A stretch of DNA of 51,748 nt from Acidimicrobiia bacterium (GCA_036396635.1 DASWKM010000178.1:1-51748); one strand, 5' to 3'; positions 1 to 10,943 are shown, numbered from the stretch's first letter. Numbers and translations: made by a program. Notes: generated by a model not told the origin, from the sequence alone.

Positions 1-122
1 ATTTGATCCTGGAGCCGATCGACTGGATCCGATCCGGGTCAGATGGGTTGGTCGCCACCAGGACGACGAGAGCGACTGCCATCACCGCGATCAGGGCAAC
101 TGTGATCAGGTTGCGGAGACGC

Positions 123-130
<8 letters not shown>
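1..130 (-). CDS. ccmH: Cytochrome c-type biogenesis protein CcmH/NrfF, N-terminal fragment (runs off the window)
   Basis: A minus-strand ATG at 130 overlaps the ccmF stop by 8 nt. It opens the frame MSERLRNLITVALIAVMAVALVVLVATNPSDPDRIQSIGSRIK-, a signal anchor leading up to where CcmH carries its CPVC motif. The gene sits directly downstream of ccmF. It is absent from the ORF track because the window edge truncates it. Confidence 0.55.
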
Positions 131-2149
<2,019 letters not shown>

Positions 2150-2150
<1 letters not shown>

Positions 2151-2554
2151 CAGGGTTCCGGGTAGTTCCCCTCGGCGGGGATCTCGTAATTCTCGTCGTG
2201 ACGGATCAGCGCGCTCTCGGCAACGAACGTGTCGCCGGCCCAGGAGCCTTCCAACAAGACCGGGACCTCCTCGTTGAAGAGGGGTGGCGGAGTGTTGACC
2301 AGCACGACGGGAATGGTGGCCGATCCATCGGTGACATCAAAGGTCAGGTCGTCTCCTTCCTCGCTCATCGAACCGGAGACAACCCGTCCGGCGAGCCGAA
2401 ACTTCTCCCCGTCCACGAATTCGGCACGGCGCTCAACGGCCTCGTTGGGGTAGAGGTAGTAGGTGAGATTGTCGTTGAGCCCGGCAATGGTGATGCCGCC
2501 AATCAGCGCGATGACACCCACGGTCCCGAGAAGAATGAACTGCCGCTGTCCCAT
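2150..2554 (-). CDS. ccmE: Heme chaperone CcmE
   Basis: 134 aa with an N-terminal membrane anchor (ILLGTVGVIALIGGITIAGL) and the C-terminal heme-binding HxxxY motif (IRHDENYEIP). Confidence 0.9.
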
Positions 2555-2557
2555 CGG

Positions 2558-2662
2558 TCAGGGCTCGACCCGTCGCCTCCGAATTTGGAGGTAGACGGCG
2601 TAAGCGAGAATCAGCCCGTAGGAGATGAGGAATGTTCCCACCACGACGACCGTGTCAGACAT
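2558..2662 (-). CDS. ccmD: Heme exporter protein CcmD (small single-TM protein)
   Basis: An internal ATG at 2662 within the 80-aa track ORF gives MSDTVVVVGTFLISYGLILAYAVYLQIRRRRVEP, one TM helix plus a basic tail. It lies between ccmC and ccmE and overlaps the ccmC stop by 8 nt. Confidence 0.55.
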   Translation of the reverse strand: MSDTVVVVGTFLISYGLILAYAVYLQIRRRRVEP

Positions 2663-3365
2663 CCTCGACCTCGCTGAGACGGGGCGGGCGCACCGCGTCA
2701 CCGGCGAAGACGCTCTCTGGCCGAGCTTGCGCCTCGAGACGGGAGACCGCCAGACGAGTGACCATGAGGGCAACATAGAGGACGGTGAAGGCCGCCACAT
2801 TGATCAACATGGCTATGACCATCTCGTCGGGCATGGTCGACCCGTCAGGTCGGATCGACTGGGTCTGATGAAGCGTGCGGAACAGGTTCACCGAGAAATA
2901 GACCAACGGAATCTGGACAACCGCGATGGCGCCGAGTATCGCCGAGCGACGCGCCCTGACCACGGGGTCATCGAGGGCGTTGCGCAATGCCAGATAGCCG
3001 AGGTAGACGAAGAACATCACCGCGGTGCTCATCAGCCTCGGGTCCTGCCAGTCCCACGGCGCGCCCCAGACTGCCTGGCCCCAGACCATGCCCGTGAAGA
3101 GCCCGATGCCGGTGAAGATGACGCCAACTTCGACAGATGCCGCAGCAAGGCGATCCCACCGCTCCTTCTTGCGGATGAGCCACATGATCGAGCCGAGAGC
3201 GGTCACCCCGAAGGCGAGGAATGCCAGCCACATGGAGGGCACGTGGATGTTGATCAGGCGGCTGTACTCACCCTGGAGGACGTCGGGTGGAGCGGTCAGG
3301 GCGAACCAGAGCCCGACGGCGACCGAGAGACCGGCTGTGCCCATCAATAATCTCGTTCGTGTCAT
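2655..3365 (-). CDS. ccmC: Heme exporter protein CcmC
   Basis: Carries the WWD motif WGAPWDWQDPRL in a multi-TM protein. I set the start at ATG 3365 (MTRTRLLMG...), which gives an ATGA overlap with the ccmB stop. The track ORF extends further, to 3449. Confidence 0.88.
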   Translation of the reverse strand: MTRTRLLMGTAGLSVAVGLWFALTAPPDVLQGEYSRLINIHVPSMWLAFLAFGVTALGSIMWLIRKKERWDRLAAASVEVGVIFTGIGLFTGMVWGQAVWGAPWDWQDPRLMSTAVMFFVYLGYLALRNALDDPVVRARRSAILGAIAVVQIPLVYFSVNLFRTLHQTQSIRPDGSTMPDEMVIAMLINVAAFTVLYVALMVTRLAVSRLEAQARPESVFAGDAVRPPRLSEVEDV

Positions 3366-4036
3366 CTCGTCGCTTCCTCGAGGGGTCTGGCCAGGGCCAC
3401 CCCGGCCACGGCCAGGGCAAGGTCGCTGGTCACCAACAGAAGTACCCAAGGCAGGATACCGGTGTCCTGCTCTAGAGCCTCGACCGACTGTGAAGCCCCG
3501 ATGATGAGGGGGAGGGCAAGGGGCGCCACGATCAGAGATGCCAGGGAAGTTCGAGCCCGAAGCCCGGTGGTGACCTCACCGGCCAGGGTGCCCAACTCGG
3601 TCAGGCCGATGCCGAGCAGGAGCGTCGAGACCACGAGCACCGGCCAGACCCCGGTGGGGAGCCGCGGTGCATAGAGGGCCAGCATCGCCAGGGCGAGGAT
3701 CAGGAGGAAGCCGCCCATCAGCACGCTCCCGGACAGCGTTCGCCCCACGAACCGGGCCGCAGCGTCGACACCAAGCAATGCCTGGAGGTCACGCCGCTCC
3801 GGGGTGTCGGCCGCCGATTGGCGGAGGGCCACTTGCATCCCGAAGAGAATGCCAAGTGCCCAGAAGACGCCGAAGCCGATGTCACGGATGGTGCTGAGTT
3901 GGAGGCCAAGGGCAAGCGGAAAGACCATCAGGGCCACCACGGCGAATGGAAGCACGATCCGGAGGGTGTCACCGATCCTCCGCTCAACGATGAGGTCGAC
4001 CCGGGCAATCTCGAGGGCTTGGGGCCAAAACGTCAA
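3362..4036 (-). CDS. ccmB: Heme exporter permease CcmB
   Basis: A 224-aa, roughly six-TM protein located between ccmA and ccmC, with 4-nt overlaps on both sides. Confidence 0.8.
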   Translation of the reverse strand: MTFWPQALEIARVDLIVERRIGDTLRIVLPFAVVALMVFPLALGLQLSTIRDIGFGVFWALGILFGMQVALRQSAADTPERRDLQALLGVDAAARFVGRTLSGSVLMGGFLLILALAMLALYAPRLPTGVWPVLVVSTLLLGIGLTELGTLAGEVTTGLRARTSLASLIVAPLALPLIIGASQSVEALEQDTGILPWVLLLVTSDLALAVAGVALARPLEEATR

Positions 4037-4692
4037 CGGCTCGGCTCCAGACGCCCACCCGACAACGACATCACGTTCTGGGTGATGCCCCGTAGTTGGC
4101 TCTCGTCGTGGGAGACGACGACGGTGCCCCCTCCCCTCGAACGTGTCGAATCGACCACGGCCGAGATCAGATCCCTCGCCGACGAGTCGAGGCCCGAAGC
4201 CGCCTCATCGAGCAGGAGGAGGGTGGGGCGGGTGAGCAGAAGATGAGCGATCTCCACACGACGTCTCATCCCGAACGAGCATGCGTCGGCTCTTCGGTCG
4301 GAGGCGCCCTCCAACCCAACGACTCCGAGTGCGTTGGCGACCCGTGCGACCTCGATGCCGGCCAGTCGGGCGGCATGGGTCAGGTTCTCGGTGAGCGTCA
4401 ACACCGGGATGAGGGCCGGATGATGACCGATCATCCCGATCCTCCTCCTGGTCGAGACGAGGCTGGTGCTGGTGAGATCGGTCCCCAGGACGGTGCCGCT
4501 GCCCGAGTCGATTGACGTCAAGGTCGCGATCGTTCGTATCAAGGTGGTCTTGCCCGATCCATTGGGGCCGGAGACGCCGAGAACCTCACCGGGGGCGAGG
4601 GTCAGGTTCACGCCGCGGAGGACCGGGTGGCCACCCAACGACACACCGATGCTCCTGAAGTCCACGATTGGATCCACCGACGGGAGTCTCAT
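4033..4692 (-). CDS. ccmA: Heme exporter ATP-binding protein CcmA (ABC ATPase)
   Basis: Contains Walker A GPNGSGKTT and Walker B LLLLDEA. I chose ATG 4692 as the start (MRLPSVDPIVDFRSIGVSLGG...). The upstream 142 codons of the track ORF overlap the Lgt-like gene in another frame and look non-coding. Confidence 0.85.
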   Translation of the reverse strand: MRLPSVDPIVDFRSIGVSLGGHPVLRGVNLTLAPGEVLGVSGPNGSGKTTLIRTIATLTSIDSGSGTVLGTDLTSTSLVSTRRRIGMIGHHPALIPVLTLTENLTHAARLAGIEVARVANALGVVGLEGASDRRADACSFGMRRRVEIAHLLLTRPTLLLLDEAASGLDSSARDLISAVVDSTRSRGGGTVVVSHDESQLRGITQNVMSLSGGRLEPSR

Positions 4693-4709
4693 CCCGACGG
4701 CGAGTGGTC

Positions 4710-5375
4710 TCAAGTCCGAGTGTGGGCACGGTCGAGGAACGCCCATGCCAGGAGGGCCAGCCCGAAGGCCAATCCGGCCAGGTACCAGCCAATCGGGCCA
4801 CCCGTGAGGCTGGGGCGAAGAGGCTCGGTGACCAGCCTGACGGCCGCGGCAAGGCTCAGACCTGTGCCGGCTCTCAGCCATTGCTGCCAGGCGAGCCGCG
4901 ACACCAGCCAAGCTCCGAGCGCGAGACCGATTGCAGCGTAGATCTCGGTGGGATGGCGGGTTACCAGGCTCCCAGGTTGGGCCCACGCCCAGGGAAGATC
5001 GGAGGCGGTACCAAGACACGCCCCGCGCCAGAGGCATCCGGCATGCCACCCGGCCAACGCCAGGAGCACTGCCGGGGTCAAGGCGTCGATCGCACCCGGG
5101 ATCTTTCGGGTGCTCCACACGAGTGTGAGGAGGAAGGCGATGGTGGCCGCGCCGGTGTGGACCCCACCGCGCACGATGAGGATGTCCCCCGGGTTGGTCA
5201 CCGGATTCACCCCCTGGGAGATCAAAGCGGTGAGTCGACCGACGGCGAGACCGACGAGAGCGCCGCCCGTCAATCGATCGAACGCGTTCGGGGGTAGTCG
5301 CTCAGACCAGAGCCGAAGACCAACCAAGCCCATGGCCACTGCGGTGAGGGCGGCCCAGAGAAGGGTGAACTCCAC
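4710..5375 (-). CDS. Divergent prolipoprotein diacylglyceryl transferase (Lgt)-family membrane protein
   Basis: 221 aa, polytopic, with Lgt-like blocks: GGVHTGAA, DLPWAW, RHPTEIYAA. It is shorter than typical Lgt, and the central catalytic block is replaced by AGWHAGCLWRGACLG. The GTG start abuts the ccmG stop. Confidence 0.55.
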   Translation of the reverse strand: MEFTLLWAALTAVAMGLVGLRLWSERLPPNAFDRLTGGALVGLAVGRLTALISQGVNPVTNPGDILIVRGGVHTGAATIAFLLTLVWSTRKIPGAIDALTPAVLLALAGWHAGCLWRGACLGTASDLPWAWAQPGSLVTRHPTEIYAAIGLALGAWLVSRLAWQQWLRAGTGLSLAAAVRLVTEPLRPSLTGGPIGWYLAGLAFGLALLAWAFLDRAHTRT

Positions 5376-5858
5376 TCAGGAGCCCAGTCGGAGCAGCTCG
5401 TCGATGTTAAGGGCGAGAGTTCGCTCGTCGACCACGCCGTTGTGGACCCTGATCAGCTCGCCTTCGGGACCGAAGAACATCGTGATGGGTGTGCCGAACC
5501 CTCCGTAGAAGTTGGGGACCGAGCGATCACGATCGAAGAAGTGATCGAAATCGAGCCCGAACTCGGCCAAGAAGCGCTTGGCATCGGCCTGGTTGTCCTG
5601 AACGTCCACCCCGATGAACTCGATCTCATCTCCGTACCTGCGGAATGCCTCATTGAGAAGCGGTGCCTCGGATCGACATGGCAGACACCACGACGCCCAG
5701 ACGTTGACCAGGGCGGGGCGGTCGATGGTGGCGAGATGTGCCTCGAACTCGGCCGTCGACGTCCCGGGAAGGTCGTCACGAACGGGTGCGCCCACTTCTG
5801 CACCGACGCCGCCGCAGGCAGAGACCACGAATGCGACGATCAACAGTCTCTCGATCAT
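5376..5858 (-). CDS. ccmG: TlpA/ResA/CcmG-type thiol:disulfide oxidoreductase, predicted lipoprotein
   Basis: Thioredoxin-fold CXXC motif WASWCLPC. The N-terminus MIERLLIVAFVVSACGG has a lipobox (VSAC). It is the first gene of the ccm string. Confidence 0.85.
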   Translation of the reverse strand: MIERLLIVAFVVSACGGVGAEVGAPVRDDLPGTSTAEFEAHLATIDRPALVNVWASWCLPCRSEAPLLNEAFRRYGDEIEFIGVDVQDNQADAKRFLAEFGLDFDHFFDRDRSVPNFYGGFGTPITMFFGPEGELIRVHNGVVDERTLALNIDELLRLGS

Positions 5859-5888
5859 GCGGTCAAAACAACGAGAAGGATGATTCCG

Positions 5889-7541
5889 TTATGCCGCGGC
5901 TTGTCGACTCACCGCCAAGCACTCGGCTCTCCGGATCGGACATGCCAGCGGTCCCGAGGACTCCACCAACCGCATCGGTTGGCTCTCCATCCATCTCCAA
6001 AGGATGGACGCCTCTTCTGCCGCAGCCACCGTTGGTGCAACCGCCGGGACGTCCTCCGCAGCCAGGTGGCCGGCGTGCAGTCGAGCCGGGACGCCCGCCG
6101 CTCTGGTCTCGACGAGGGTGCCATGATCGATAATCACTGTGGTCCCATCGGATTGCTCGAGCTCGAGCCACCCGGCTCGCGTCAACGATTGCCACTCCCA
6201 GCGACGACGTAGGGCGCGGACCAGGGCGTCGTGGCGATCCCTCGTCCAGGCCGCCTCCTCGTATCGCTGATCCCGGGCCAGTCGGTTCATTCTGTCTTCG
6301 AGGCGATCGAGGAGCTGTGTCGGCTCACCATCGAAAGCCAGCACGACCCGGTCCACCAATGCCCGATACGAGGCGACGTCGAGGCGTCCGTCACAGGGGC
6401 ATGCCGCCACCCCCAATTGGGCCGCCGCGCATTTGCCCGAGCGTGACCCGGATCTGGTCCGGCAACGTCTGATCGGTATGGCATCCCAGATGGCAAGCAC
6501 TACCTCGTCCGCCGCCCGCTTGGATCGGAACGGCCCCAGATAGGCAAGCCCGTCCTCCTTGAGAGTCCGGACTACGGAGAGACGGGGGTAGGTCTCATCC
6601 GTGACCTTGATGAAGTGGGAGCTTTTCGGGGGGCGGGAGCGCCGATTGTGACGGGGACGATGGGCGTGGATGAGACGGAGCTCGGTCACCTCGGCCTCGA
6701 GGACCGAGGCACACACCTGATGGTCGATGCTCTGGAGCTCGTTCATGATGTTGGTGATCGAGCGGCGCGTGTCCCCGTAGAAATACTGACGCACCCGGGC
6801 ACGCAGATTGGTGGCCTTTCCCACATAGATGGGGGTCCCGTGACGATCCTTGAACACATAGACACCAGGACGCCGGGGCAAGGCGTCGGTGAGCCTGATC
6901 TTCGAGTAGTGGGCGCCTCCCCGCGCCGTCGGCAGCTGGAGGAGGTCGTCGAGATTGGTGACCCCGATCGAGCCCGCCCGCTCCAACAAGGCATGAAAGA
7001 CGTGCGCCGTGGCGCGGGCGTCTTCCAAGGCACGGTGATTGGGCGTGACTGGGCTCCGGAAGTGGGCGGCGAGGCTCTGCAGCCGGAGGTTGCGCAGCTC
7101 CGAGCGAACGAGACGGCGAGCCAGGGCTCGAGTGTCGACCGATCTGTTCCCCAGCCTTTCGTAGCCGAGACGCATGGCGGCGGCGTTCAGGAACGAGAGA
7201 TCGAACCTGACATTGTGACCCACGACGACCGCGTCACCGATGAACTCGAGAAAGGTGGGAAGGGCTGTGGCCACGTCTGGAGCGTCGATGACCATTGCCT
7301 GGGTGATCCCGGTGAGGATCGTGATCGACGGAGGTATGAGGAGCCCGGGATCCACCAACGTCTGAAACGTCCCAATCAGGTCGCCCCCTTGATACCTGAC
7401 CGCACCGATCTCGGTGATCTCACAGGTGGCCGGTGATCCGCCGGTTGTCTCCAGATCGAGCACACAGAATGCGACATCGAACAGCGGCGTCGACATGTCG
7501 TCGAAACTGGCCTGAAATGCGATGGTCTTCCGATGGGGCAC
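5889..7541 (-). CDS. DEDDh 3'-5' exonuclease (DnaQ-like) fused to a GIY-YIG/UvrC-like nuclease domain (Cho/Rv2191-type)
   Basis: The N-terminal half has Exo motifs (FCVLDLETTG; VVGHNVRFDLSFL; HRALEDARAT). The centre has GIY-YIG (PGVYVFKDRHGTPIYVGKATNLRARVRQYF). Confidence 0.85.
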   Translation of the reverse strand: MPHRKTIAFQASFDDMSTPLFDVAFCVLDLETTGGSPATCEITEIGAVRYQGGDLIGTFQTLVDPGLLIPPSITILTGITQAMVIDAPDVATALPTFLEFIGDAVVVGHNVRFDLSFLNAAAMRLGYERLGNRSVDTRALARRLVRSELRNLRLQSLAAHFRSPVTPNHRALEDARATAHVFHALLERAGSIGVTNLDDLLQLPTARGGAHYSKIRLTDALPRRPGVYVFKDRHGTPIYVGKATNLRARVRQYFYGDTRRSITNIMNELQSIDHQVCASVLEAEVTELRLIHAHRPRHNRRSRPPKSSHFIKVTDETYPRLSVVRTLKEDGLAYLGPFRSKRAADEVVLAIWDAIPIRRCRTRSGSRSGKCAAAQLGVAACPCDGRLDVASYRALVDRVVLAFDGEPTQLLDRLEDRMNRLARDQRYEEAAWTRDRHDALVRALRRRWEWQSLTRAGWLELEQSDGTTVIIDHGTLVETRAAGVPARLHAGHLAAEDVPAVAPTVAAAEEASILWRWMESQPMRLVESSGPLACPIRRAECLAVSRQAAA

Positions 7542-7577
7542 GGCCCTGGGGAGGCTAACTCGAACAGATGTTCGATG

Positions 7578-8350
7578 TCAATGATCTGCCCTCGACCTTT
7601 GTCTGACCACCTCGAAGAGGAGCACAGCAACCGCGACCGAGATATTCAACGAGTCGATCGAGGTGTGGGCCTGAGGGATCGCGATCGCCCGTGCGGCGAG
7701 CTGTCTCGCCCGGTCGGAGACACCTCCGTCCTCGGCGCCGATGACGATGGCGACCGGACCAGTCAAATCGACATCCCAGAGCGGGGTGGCGGCGTCGGGT
7801 GTGGCACAAATCAGTTCGATGCCGCGCTCATCCAGCCACGTCACGATGGCCGGCCAATCCGGCACCGCGAAGGGCAGGTCGAACAGCGCGCCGGTGGATG
7901 CACGGATGACATTGGGGTTGTGTGGGTCGACGGCATGTCCCGTGGTGATCACGGCGCTCGCACCGGCTGCGCTCGCTGTGCGCAGCATCGCGCCCGGGTT
8001 GCCCGGCTTCTCGATGTCCTCGGCGATCATCACCAGGGGGGTGCCGGTGACATGAACTCGGTCGAGCCTGGTCGTGATCTGAGGGAAATCGGCGATCGGG
8101 CCCTCGGGTCGGGAGCGATAGGACGCCTTGTCCAGGACGACCGGGTCGACCGTGACTGGCAATCCCGCAGTGACTCTGTCTCTAGTGTCCACGAAGGTCA
8201 CCTCGGGGGTCATACCGGCCCGGAGGGCGCGGTCATAGAGACGTTGCCCTCGACCACGAACACCTTGTCGGTGTCCCGGTGATGTCGCACGCGAAGGCGA
8301 ATCAGCCCTTTGATGCGCTCGTTGGAGGTTGAGGAGATCTCGTAGGGCAT
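7578..8350 (-). pseudogene. TrmH/SpoU-family RNA 2'-O-methyltransferase, apparently frameshifted near 8243
   Basis: The track ORF 7578..8213 carries the SpoU catalytic domain (IVIGAEDGGVS...IPQAHTSIDSLNISVAVAVLLFE). The typical N-terminus (MPYEISSTSNERIKGLIRLRVRHHRDTDKVFVVEGN) is encoded from ATG 8350 in a different frame and stops at 8210. The downstream frame continues RLYDRALRAGMTPEV. The two frames join seamlessly if one nucleotide is restored after codon N36. Confidence 0.6.
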
Positions 8351-8360
8351 CGGCGAGGGG

Positions 8361-8954
8361 CTAACCCCAGACGTCTCTGTGGATCAGATCGGCCGCAGCC
8401 TTCTTGGGACGGTTGAGACTGGTCGAACGGCGATCCCGGGCCGGATAGCCAATCGTTATCACACCGATCGGGTGGAAATGACCCGGCAGACGCACCAGCC
8501 TGGCGAGATCGGGCATGGAGTGAACACCCAGAAACCCCGCCGCAAGGCCCTCGTCGACGGCGGCGAGCAGCACGGCCATCATCGCCGCCCCGGCATCGAC
8601 CCACCAATAAGGAACGGGCCACTTGATCCGCTCTCCATTGGGGCCGAGTTTGTCGGGCTCGGAGTAACGGTCCCGATAGACCTTCTCGCTCACCGAGATG
8701 ATGATGTGGGCCGGAGCCTTCGAGATCCAGGGATCAAAGCCGGCCTCGACGTACACCGGCTCGTTCCCGAGCCGGGCGATCTCAGCCCTCTTGTCGGCAT
8801 CGGTGACGATCACCACCCCGATCGCCTGGCTGTTCCCTGCCGACGGTGCTCGCAGGGCCGCTGCCGCCACCCTCGTGAGCACATCGTCGGGGACAGCGTC
8901 CTCGGTGTAGTTGCGCACCATTCGTCGTCGGGAGAGCACATCGGCGAAATCCAT
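8361..8954 (-). CDS. Nitroreductase-family protein
   Basis: N-terminus typical of the family: MDFADVLSRRRMVRNYTEDAVPDDVLTRVAAAALRAPSAGNSQ. Length is 197 aa. Confidence 0.85.
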   Translation of the reverse strand: MDFADVLSRRRMVRNYTEDAVPDDVLTRVAAAALRAPSAGNSQAIGVVIVTDADKRAEIARLGNEPVYVEAGFDPWISKAPAHIIISVSEKVYRDRYSEPDKLGPNGERIKWPVPYWWVDAGAAMMAVLLAAVDEGLAAGFLGVHSMPDLARLVRLPGHFHPIGVITIGYPARDRRSTSLNRPKKAAADLIHRDVWG

Positions 8955-9074
8955 GCCGCGATTCTGTCACTCCAACGTGCAAACGTCTGCTCGGAAGTAG
9001 CGATAAAACGTGGAGTTGGTGTCTATGGTGATGGACGTGGGTCAATCAGACCGGGTCTGCGACGAGCGCCGGAC

Positions 9075-9971
9075 ATGACGTTCGGTGCCCGCAGTTTGAG
9101 AGTCGTCTGGACGAGGGGACGGGGCTGTCACGAGCTGGCGGAGGCGCTGGCTGGTCAGCAGGCAGACCGCATCCAGGGCGACGTGGCGGAGGGATGCATC
9201 TCGGAAAGAGCCGATGTCCTGGTTTCCAAGAAACTCCCGTCGAGCTTCGACCTGGTCAACGTTGCAGTGCCGATCGGATTCGAGCCCGACCGTGTCTCCA
9301 GGGTCGTCGCCACCGTTGCAGGTGGCCCGCATTCTGTGCTGGCCGCCGAGACTGCCGCCCGACTCGCGTCCAACCTGGGCGTGGATGCCGAGATGGTGTC
9401 GGCGGCGCGCACAGAAGACGAGATCGAGGGAGCCGCAGAGATCTTGGAACAGGTCGGAGCCGGTCTCCCCACCCTCGGTCGACGGGTCGTGGTGGTGGAC
9501 GGGATCTCCCAGATGGTCGAAGACCTCGACGAGCGAGCGCTTCTGGTGCTGGGTGCGCCAGGTGGATCATGGCTCAGCCGGTCTCGAACCGGCCCTGGTG
9601 CCCGGTTGCGCCGAACCGCCCAGGCCGGTGCGGTGGTGGTTCGAAGCGCCCCCGACCGGGTGTTCCGTTTCATGGGAGAGCCGGTGTACGTGGCCCCGCT
9701 TCGTCATGCCGACGACACACTCCGTGTGCACCCCGAGAACACCCTGGCCGTCGCCGATGGGGGACTTCTGGTCGGATTGGTCCGGCGAGAGGGCTTGTTG
9801 CGGGCAGGGGCTGAGCCGGTGGCGTCGGTGATGGAGGATGCCCAGTCGGTCAAGCTCGACGAGACCATCCTCCAAGCATGGGACCTGGAGCCGACCTTCG
9901 GCCGTGACCCGATACCGGTGACCGACCACGAGGAGCATCTCGTCGGCGGTTTGTCATTGCACGTGGCCTGA
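9075..9971 (+). CDS. Universal-stress-protein-like domain plus CBS-pair protein
   Basis: This is the 3' part of the 530-aa track ORF. Its 5' part is antisense to the nitroreductase gene. It has a USP-like block (LLVLGAPGGSW...AVVVRSAP) and CBS-like C-terminal repeats. The start at ATG 9075 is tentative. Confidence 0.5.
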   Translation: MTFGARSLRVVWTRGRGCHELAEALAGQQADRIQGDVAEGCISERADVLVSKKLPSSFDLVNVAVPIGFEPDRVSRVVATVAGGPHSVLAAETAARLASNLGVDAEMVSAARTEDEIEGAAEILEQVGAGLPTLGRRVVVVDGISQMVEDLDERALLVLGAPGGSWLSRSRTGPGARLRRTAQAGAVVVRSAPDRVFRFMGEPVYVAPLRHADDTLRVHPENTLAVADGGLLVGLVRREGLLRAGAEPVASVMEDAQSVKLDETILQAWDLEPTFGRDPIPVTDHEEHLVGGLSLHVA

Positions 9972-9994
9972 GTTCGACGAGAATCGATGCTTCG

Positions 9995-10906
9995 ATGCCC
10001 AAACGCAGAATCTTCCGAGGGATCTTTTGGGGGTTGATCGCTCTTTTGCTGGTCGCACATGTTGCGGGGGGCTGGTACTACTCATCCCGGATCATCGAGG
10101 ACGGTTTCACGCCGGATCCTGAGCCCATCGTGGGCCCCAACGGTGACTACGAGTTGGTCGAAGTCACCTATCCCGCCGAATCGGGAGATCTCGACGCCTG
10201 GCATCTCCCTGCGGATGGCTCGACGTGGGTGATCCATGTTCACGGGCTCAACTCGTCGCCCGCCGAGCCGGAGGCTCTCTTCAAGCCGATCCAGGATGCC
10301 GGCTATCCCCAGCTAGCCATCGCGTATCGCAATGACGACGGGCAGCCAACCGATCCCTCGGGCTACCACCAATACGGGAGCACGGAGTGGGAGGATTTGC
10401 TCGGTGCCTTCCAGTTCGCGTTGGCCAACGGGGCGGAGAACGTAGTGGTGGCCGGCTACAGCACAGGTGCTTCGCTCGCCCTGTCGTTTGCCTACCGGCA
10501 CACCTTCGAGGAGATCGCCGGGCTGATCCTCGATTCGGCCAATATCGACCTGGGGTCAACAGTCGATTACCGGGCGAGCATCGAACCGCTTCCCATCGTC
10601 CCCGGCAACGTCCCGCCTACGATCTCGTGGGTCGCCAAGTTCTTCACCTCGCTCCGGATAGGCGTCAACTGGAAGACCCTCGACTACATCGAGCGAGCGG
10701 AACGGTCGCTGCGTGTGCCTGTGCTCGCCTTCCATGGGACGGGCGATGATTCGATCCCGATCGCGGAGAGCATTGCCCTCGCCGAGGCCCAGCCTGATCT
10801 GGTGCATCTCGTCCAGGTCGAGGGCGCCGGGCACGTTGAGTCCTTCGAGGTCGATTTCGACGACTATGTCGCCTCGGTGCTGGACTTCCTGCGAGGCATC
10901 GGCTGA
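9995..10906 (+). CDS. Membrane-anchored alpha/beta hydrolase
   Basis: N-terminal TM helix (IFWGLIALLLVAHVAGGWYY), nucleophile elbow GYSTGAS, and a C-terminal H in GAGHVE. Confidence 0.8.
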   Translation: MPKRRIFRGIFWGLIALLLVAHVAGGWYYSSRIIEDGFTPDPEPIVGPNGDYELVEVTYPAESGDLDAWHLPADGSTWVIHVHGLNSSPAEPEALFKPIQDAGYPQLAIAYRNDDGQPTDPSGYHQYGSTEWEDLLGAFQFALANGAENVVVAGYSTGASLALSFAYRHTFEEIAGLILDSANIDLGSTVDYRASIEPLPIVPGNVPPTISWVAKFFTSLRIGVNWKTLDYIERAERSLRVPVLAFHGTGDDSIPIAESIALAEAQPDLVHLVQVEGAGHVESFEVDFDDYVASVLDFLRGIG

Positions 10907-10943
10907 GGTCATTTAGGGTCAGCGAGCCCACATAGGAGCCGAG

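Noticed and set aside
4693-5118. N-terminal extensions of track ORFs: ccmA to 5118, ccmC to 3449, murD from 42063, ftsW from 43721, murC from 45990, ftsQ from 48027, permease from 11962, mraZ from 36199
   Set aside because: The extensions overlap the upstream gene out of frame and are Pro/Arg/Gly-rich. Internal starts give the family-typical N-termini and 4-nt start/stop overlaps.
8379-9074. 5' two-fifths of the 530-aa plus-strand ORF
   Set aside because: This part is antisense to the nitroreductase gene and looks like junk. Only the part downstream of about 9075 has USP/CBS-like sequence.
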